This document shows, piece by piece, positions 27,816 through 32,000 of a stretch of 32,000 nucleotides of DNA (positions are counted from its first letter, which is position 1; the number at the start of each line of letters is the position of its first letter). A program made the translations under genes and the position numbers. The notes under the pieces are model-generated. The model did not search any database. It worked only from the letters and a program-made list of their open reading frames with translations, and was not told where the DNA came from. This stretch comes from Aquifex aeolicus VF5 (lineage in GTDB: Bacteria > Aquificota > Aquificia > Aquificales > Aquificaceae): the NCBI RefSeq assembly GCF_000008625.1, contig NC_000918.1, positions 60,001 to 92,000 of the forward strand. The letters run 5' to 3'.

Positions 27816-27880
27816 TCCTAGTATTCATGTCGTCTAAACATGTATGAAAAGAAATTACATTCAAGAATAAGGAGTGGAAG

Positions 27881-28111
27881 ATGGAGCTGTTATTAAAAAT
27901 ACCTCTCGAAAAGGAAAAGTATGAGATAAAGGAATATCCTGAAACGGGAACGATGTTAATAGTACATAAAGACTTGAGAGGAGAGCCAGATTACTCTATA
28001 GAAGGGGAAGGTTTAGTAATAGAATTTAAAAACGGGGAGATTTACACAATAGACGTTTATGATCCGGAAGTGGCAAGAAAAATTAAGCAGGAGCTTGTTC
28101 TAGTACTTTAA
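27881..28111 (+). CDS. hypothetical small protein (76 aa)
   Basis: ATG preceded by AAGGAG, with coding-like composition. No motif recognised. Confidence 0.5.
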   Translation: MELLLKIPLEKEKYEIKEYPETGTMLIVHKDLRGEPDYSIEGEGLVIEFKNGEIYTIDVYDPEVARKIKQELVLVL

Positions 28112-28155
28112 ACTTTCCTTTATACTTAATAAAAATTCCCTATGGGAGGTAAGGC

Positions 28156-28596
28156 ATGAGGAATAAAGTTCTGATAGTCCTCGCGGTGATCGCCGGAGCC
28201 CTTATATTAAAGTCCTGCGGAGAACCCTACAGCGGAGCTAAGGAAACCGTGGGAGAGTTCATGGAAGAAATCGCCGAAGGCGAAGGAAGGGACGCCATAA
28301 AGTACCTCTATCCGGCTTACAGGGATGAACTTGCAAAGAACTTCAAGCTTCCCGTTCAGTTTACGGAAATGAAACCCTCCGAAGTGCTCGCATGTGTTCT
28401 GAGCACTATGGGAAGAAACATAGACGAGGTTGAGATTAAGAAGGCTATAGCTGTCAATCCTAACACAGCCAATGTAGTGGTTAAAGTGGAAGACAAGGAA
28501 GGAATAGAGAAGTTCTTCAGCTTTACGGTTGTAAAAGAAGGAGATAAGTGGTACATAGCAAAGATTGAAAAATATATACCCCAAGTAGGAAGGTGA
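28156..28596 (+). CDS. putative lipoprotein (NTF2-like/DUF4878-like)
   Basis: Signal peptide with a lipobox-like LILKSC. GGGAGG SD. 146 aa. Confidence 0.6.
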   Translation: MRNKVLIVLAVIAGALILKSCGEPYSGAKETVGEFMEEIAEGEGRDAIKYLYPAYRDELAKNFKLPVQFTEMKPSEVLACVLSTMGRNIDEVEIKKAIAVNPNTANVVVKVEDKEGIEKFFSFTVVKEGDKWYIAKIEKYIPQVGR

Positions 28597-29546
28597 AAAT
28601 ACTTATCTGGCAGACTGCATACCTCGGGGACGTGGTTCTCGCCACGCCCCTCATACAAACCCTTAAAAAAAACTTTCCGGACGCAAAAATAGGCTTTGTG
28701 GGAAGACCCTTTATTAAAGAACTTTTTAAAGACGAAGAAGTAGAATTAATTCCCTATTCAAAAAAGTTCAAAGAAAGCTTTACGGTAATAAGGAAGATAA
28801 AAAATTACGACGTAGTGATCTCACCCCACCGTTCCATGAGAACAGCCCTAATACTCTTTTTTTCAGGAATTAAAGAGAGGATAGGTTTTGACAGGTCAGA
28901 TCTTCCCTTTTTGTACACAAAACTCGTGCCCCATCGCTGGGAACTCCACGAAGTAGACAGAAATTTAGAACTTTTAAAACCATTAGGAGTAAAGGAATTT
29001 ATTAGAGAGACAAAACTCAAAATGAAAGAAGAAGAGTACAGGAAAATCCTAAATAAATTCAACTTAAAGGAAAAAAAGTACATTGTTATTTCACCCTTTT
29101 CAAACTTCCCGTTAAAGGAGTGGAGCTTAAAAAACTGGAAGGAGTTGGTAAGGAAACTAAACACTCCCGTCGTAATCACGGGAACGAAAGAGGACGAAGA
29201 GAGGAGTAAAGAAATAGATGGAAAGAATGTAGTAAACCTCGTGGGGAAGACTTCTCTCAGGGAGTTTATGGGAGTTTTGAAAGGAGCAAAATTCGCGATT
29301 TCCAACGATTCCTCGGCAGTTCACGTGGCAAACGCCTTCAGAGTTCCCGCACTCACGATTTACACGGCAACTTCACCCAAGTACGGTTTTTACCCTTTAA
29401 TAGGTGAATACATACAAAACCCCGCTCCCTGCTCACCCTGTTCTCCCAACCCTAAAAAGTGCAAAACGGGAACTAAAGAGTGCCTTTACTTTCCTGAGCC
29501 CGATTACGTTCTGGAAAAGGCAATACCTTATATTAAAGACTTATGA
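28593..29546 (+). CDS. glycosyltransferase family 9 (LPS heptosyltransferase-like)
   Basis: MKILIWQTAYLGDVVLATPLIQTLK N-terminus and the C-terminal ..ISNDSSAVHVANA motif typical of GT9. GTG start overlapping the upstream stop. Confidence 0.8.
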   Translation: MKILIWQTAYLGDVVLATPLIQTLKKNFPDAKIGFVGRPFIKELFKDEEVELIPYSKKFKESFTVIRKIKNYDVVISPHRSMRTALILFFSGIKERIGFDRSDLPFLYTKLVPHRWELHEVDRNLELLKPLGVKEFIRETKLKMKEEEYRKILNKFNLKEKKYIVISPFSNFPLKEWSLKNWKELVRKLNTPVVITGTKEDEERSKEIDGKNVVNLVGKTSLREFMGVLKGAKFAISNDSSAVHVANAFRVPALTIYTATSPKYGFYPLIGEYIQNPAPCSPCSPNPKKCKTGTKECLYFPEPDYVLEKAIPYIKDL

Positions 29547-30421
29547 TTTCAGCGTTTGTTGTTACGGGATTTCTCGGAAGCGGTAAGACGAGTCTGATAA
29601 TAAACTCCGTAAAGGAGCACCTTAAAGATAAAAAGGTCGCGATAGTTGTAAACGAGTTCGGAGAGGTAGGAGTAGACGGAAAGATACTTAAAAACGTTTA
29701 CTCCGAAGTTCTGGAGCTTTCCGAAGGCTGTATTTGTTGCAAACTGAGTGCGGAATTTGAGAGTTCGGTCCGGAGGCTCATTCAGGACTACAACCCGGAA
29801 GTTCTTATCGTAGAGACCTCCGGCGTAGCGGAGCCGTTTCCCATAGTGTTCAGTTTAAAGACTCTAGGGCTCTTCGTGGACGGAGTTATATGCGTTATTG
29901 ACTCTAAAAACTTTCCGAAGTACAAAGAGGACGACACCGCAAAGTACCAGCTCGCAACCTCAAACGTAGTCGTTTTAAACAAGACAGATTTAGTTTCAAA
30001 GGAAGAGCTGGAGAAAGTAAAGGAAGAAGTGAAAAAGATAAAGGAAAAGTACAAAGTGGTGAACATGTTCTCCCCGGAAGAGAAGGAAAGCTTTTACAAA
30101 ATTTACGAAGCTACTTATGGAAAAGTTCCAGCGGAAGTATTCAAAGGTGTCGGAAAACCCGTAGAGCTAAAGGAACACCTTCACTTTCACTCCCATGACA
30201 GCAGAAAGGAAGAAGTTGTAACCTTTGACAGAGAACTTACGGAAGAAGAACTCGTGAACTTCCTGAAAAACCTGCCAAAGGAAGTTATACGTGCAAAGGG
30301 AATTGTTAAGTTAAAGGACTACCCCTTTCCCGTATTCGTCCACTACGTCTTCGGAGATTACGACTACGGAATGCCCGCGGAAAATTACGAAGGAGAGTCT
30401 TTCTTGGTTCTAATAAGATGA
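29543..30421 (+). CDS. COG0523/CobW-family G3E GTPase (putative metallochaperone)
   Basis: Walker A GFLGSGKTS, metal-binding GCICC motif, ETSG, NKTD, a His-rich stretch HLHFHSHD, and a CobW C-terminal domain. Confidence 0.85.
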   Translation: MISAFVVTGFLGSGKTSLIINSVKEHLKDKKVAIVVNEFGEVGVDGKILKNVYSEVLELSEGCICCKLSAEFESSVRRLIQDYNPEVLIVETSGVAEPFPIVFSLKTLGLFVDGVICVIDSKNFPKYKEDDTAKYQLATSNVVVLNKTDLVSKEELEKVKEEVKKIKEKYKVVNMFSPEEKESFYKIYEATYGKVPAEVFKGVGKPVELKEHLHFHSHDSRKEEVVTFDRELTEEELVNFLKNLPKEVIRAKGIVKLKDYPFPVFVHYVFGDYDYGMPAENYEGESFLVLIR

Positions 30422-31077
30422 TTGATGTAAGGAAGTACATAGACAACGCAGCCCTGAAACCTCACCTCTCTGAAAAAGAAATCGAAGAATTCGTCCTAAA
30501 GTCTGAAGAACTCGGGATTTACGCTGTGTGTGTAAACCCGTACCATGTGAAGCTCGCAAGTTCAATAGCAAAGAAAGTAAAAGTCTGCTGTGTGATAGGC
30601 TTTCCTTTAGGACTTAACAAAACTTCCGTTAAAGTAAAAGAAGCGGTAGAAGCCGTAAGAGACGGTGCACAGGAACTCGATATCGTGTGGAACCTTTCGG
30701 CTTTCAAAAGCGAGAAGTACGATTTCGTGGTGGAAGAATTAAAGGAAATTTTTAGGGAAACTCCTTCAGCAGTTCACAAGGTAATCGTTGAGACACCTTA
30801 CTTAAACGAGGAAGAAATAAAGAAAGCGGTGGAAATCTGTATTGAAGCAGGAGCGGACTTTATAAAGACCTCAACGGGCTTTGCACCGAGGGGAACAACA
30901 CTCGAAGAGGTAAGACTGATTAAAAGTAGCGCGAAAGGCAGGATTAAGGTAAAAGCTTCGGGAGGGATAAGGGATTTGGAAACGGCAATATCTATGATAG
31001 AGGCGGGGGCGGACAGGATAGGCACGAGCAGCGGTATAAGCATAGCCGAAGAATTTTTAAAACGACATTTGATATAA
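30418..31077 (+). CDS. deoC: deoxyribose-phosphate aldolase
   Basis: VCVNP..., VIGFPLG, the Schiff-base Lys in FIKTSTGF, KASGGIR, and RIGTSSG. Confidence 0.9.
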   Translation: MIDVRKYIDNAALKPHLSEKEIEEFVLKSEELGIYAVCVNPYHVKLASSIAKKVKVCCVIGFPLGLNKTSVKVKEAVEAVRDGAQELDIVWNLSAFKSEKYDFVVEELKEIFRETPSAVHKVIVETPYLNEEEIKKAVEICIEAGADFIKTSTGFAPRGTTLEEVRLIKSSAKGRIKVKASGGIRDLETAISMIEAGADRIGTSSGISIAEEFLKRHLI

Positions 31078-31084
31078 TGTCCCT

Positions 31085-31864
31085 ATGGCGGACAAGAAGT
31101 GGAAAACGGCAATATCTACCCACGTAAATCACGAGCCCTATGTAAGGGGATACAGACTCCTTGACCTTGTAGGAAACCTCACCTTCTCGGAAGCAATATA
31201 TCTCCTCCTCAAGGGAGAACTCCCCTCGGAAGCAGAAGCTAAAATGATGGACGCCATTTTTGTCTCCGTAATTGAACACAGCATAGCACCCCCTTCCGTA
31301 ATAGCCACGCGTGCGGTTATAAGCGGTGGAAACTCTCTGAACGTGGGAGTCGGTGCTGGAGTTCTGGCTTTCGGTAGTGCCCACGGTGGAGCCCTTGAAG
31401 ACGCAATGAAGTTCATGCAGGAAGGAGTAAAGAGCAACAGACCTGTTGAAGAAATAGTAAAGGAGTACTTATCCCAGAAAAAGCCAATACCCGGTTACGG
31501 ACACAGGTACTACAAGGAGTTTGACCCAAGAACGAAGAGATTATTTGAACTTGCGGAAAAGTACGGTTTTTGCAAGGAACACTGCGAATTTGCAAAGAAA
31601 GTAGAAGAAGAGATATACAAACAGAAAGGAAAGAGAATAGTCCTGAACGTTGACGGTGCCATAGCAGCTATAACTTCCGATATGGGCTTCGACTGGAGGC
31701 TCGGTAAAGGATTTTTCATAATCGGAAGAGTGCCCGGACTCGTGGCCCACGCTTACGAAGAATTAACGCAGGAGAAACCCTTCTCCAAGAGACTTTCCGA
31801 AGAGGAGTATGAATACACCGGAGTTGAACCGAGGGAACTCCCGCCCGAAAGGAAGAAGGTATGA
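31085..31864 (+). CDS. ccl: citryl-CoA lyase (short citrate-synthase-like protein)
   Basis: 259 aa, corresponding only to the citrate synthase catalytic core (HGGA, IPGYGHRYY, NVDG...). The size and sequence fit the citryl-CoA lyase of the Aquificaceae reductive TCA cycle. Confidence 0.8.
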   Translation: MADKKWKTAISTHVNHEPYVRGYRLLDLVGNLTFSEAIYLLLKGELPSEAEAKMMDAIFVSVIEHSIAPPSVIATRAVISGGNSLNVGVGAGVLAFGSAHGGALEDAMKFMQEGVKSNRPVEEIVKEYLSQKKPIPGYGHRYYKEFDPRTKRLFELAEKYGFCKEHCEFAKKVEEEIYKQKGKRIVLNVDGAIAAITSDMGFDWRLGKGFFIIGRVPGLVAHAYEELTQEKPFSKRLSEEEYEYTGVEPRELPPERKKV

Positions 31865-32000
31865 AAAGGCTTCTCCCCGTCTTCCTCGCCCTTATACTCT
31901 TCGGTTTGTTAGTTTACATAGGACTAAATCAGGATAAACACGATCACTACACAATCACAACCCAGAAAGGTCAGAAAATCCCAAACGTTACCTTAACAAC
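31861..32000 (+). CDS. membrane-anchored protein, N-terminus only (possibly a TlpA/ResA-like thiol:disulfide oxidoreductase)
   Basis: ATG 31861 overlaps the ccl stop (ATGA). MKRLLPVFLALILFGLLVYIGL is a signal anchor followed by ...GQKIPNVTLT. The ORF is open to the window end, and the function is a guess. Confidence 0.4.
   Translation, partial: MKRLLPVFLALILFGLLVYIGLNQDKHDHYTITTQKGQKIPNVTLT

Noticed and set aside
28805-29305. 166-aa minus-strand ORF
   Set aside because: It is the shadow of the GT9 glycosyltransferase gene, with no start signals and an S/F/L-rich sequence.

Overview
The window is almost entirely coding (about 45 CDSs) and reads as a compact hyperthermophile chromosome. Proteins are rich in K/E/I/V, coding strands are purine-loaded, and many stop/start codons overlap. 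Several products match sequences I recall from Aquifex aeolicus (lumazine synthase RibH, the thioredoxin-like [2Fe-2S] ferredoxin Fd4, citryl-CoA lyase), but I could not run a search, so that identification is from memory. Content is mainly housekeeping:
- nrdA (5' end), secG, prmC, rbfA, hfq
- a nitrogen block glnB-glnA-amt plus a beta-barrel porin
- pgk, transaldolase, hisS, rpsP
- ribH-nusB and hit-ribF-ribD
- cytochrome c peroxidase, a GT9 heptosyltransferase, a COG0523 GTPase, deoC and citryl-CoA lyase

I saw no rRNA, tRNA, CRISPR array, transposase or integrase, and no non-coding gap is larger than about 200 bp. I did not find a clear new multi-gene system such as a defence island. The points most worth a second look are:
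1. A 1-nt frameshift splits the [2Fe-2S] ferredoxin gene.
2. A perfect sigma-54 promoter with upstream TTGTAAA(CA) repeats sits in front of glnB-glnA.
3. At least seven operon-leading genes lack a Shine-Dalgarno sequence and have a TAWAAT hexamer 7-9 nt before the ATG, which suggests leaderless mRNAs.
4. An uncharacterised, translationally coupled trio (a short MopB-like Fe-S protein, a Cys-rich small protein and a DUF458/YkuK-like protein) is fused onto the end of a hisS...pgk gene string.
5. A signal-peptide beta-barrel gene lies directly downstream of amt.

All family names come from motif and sequence recall, not from database searches.
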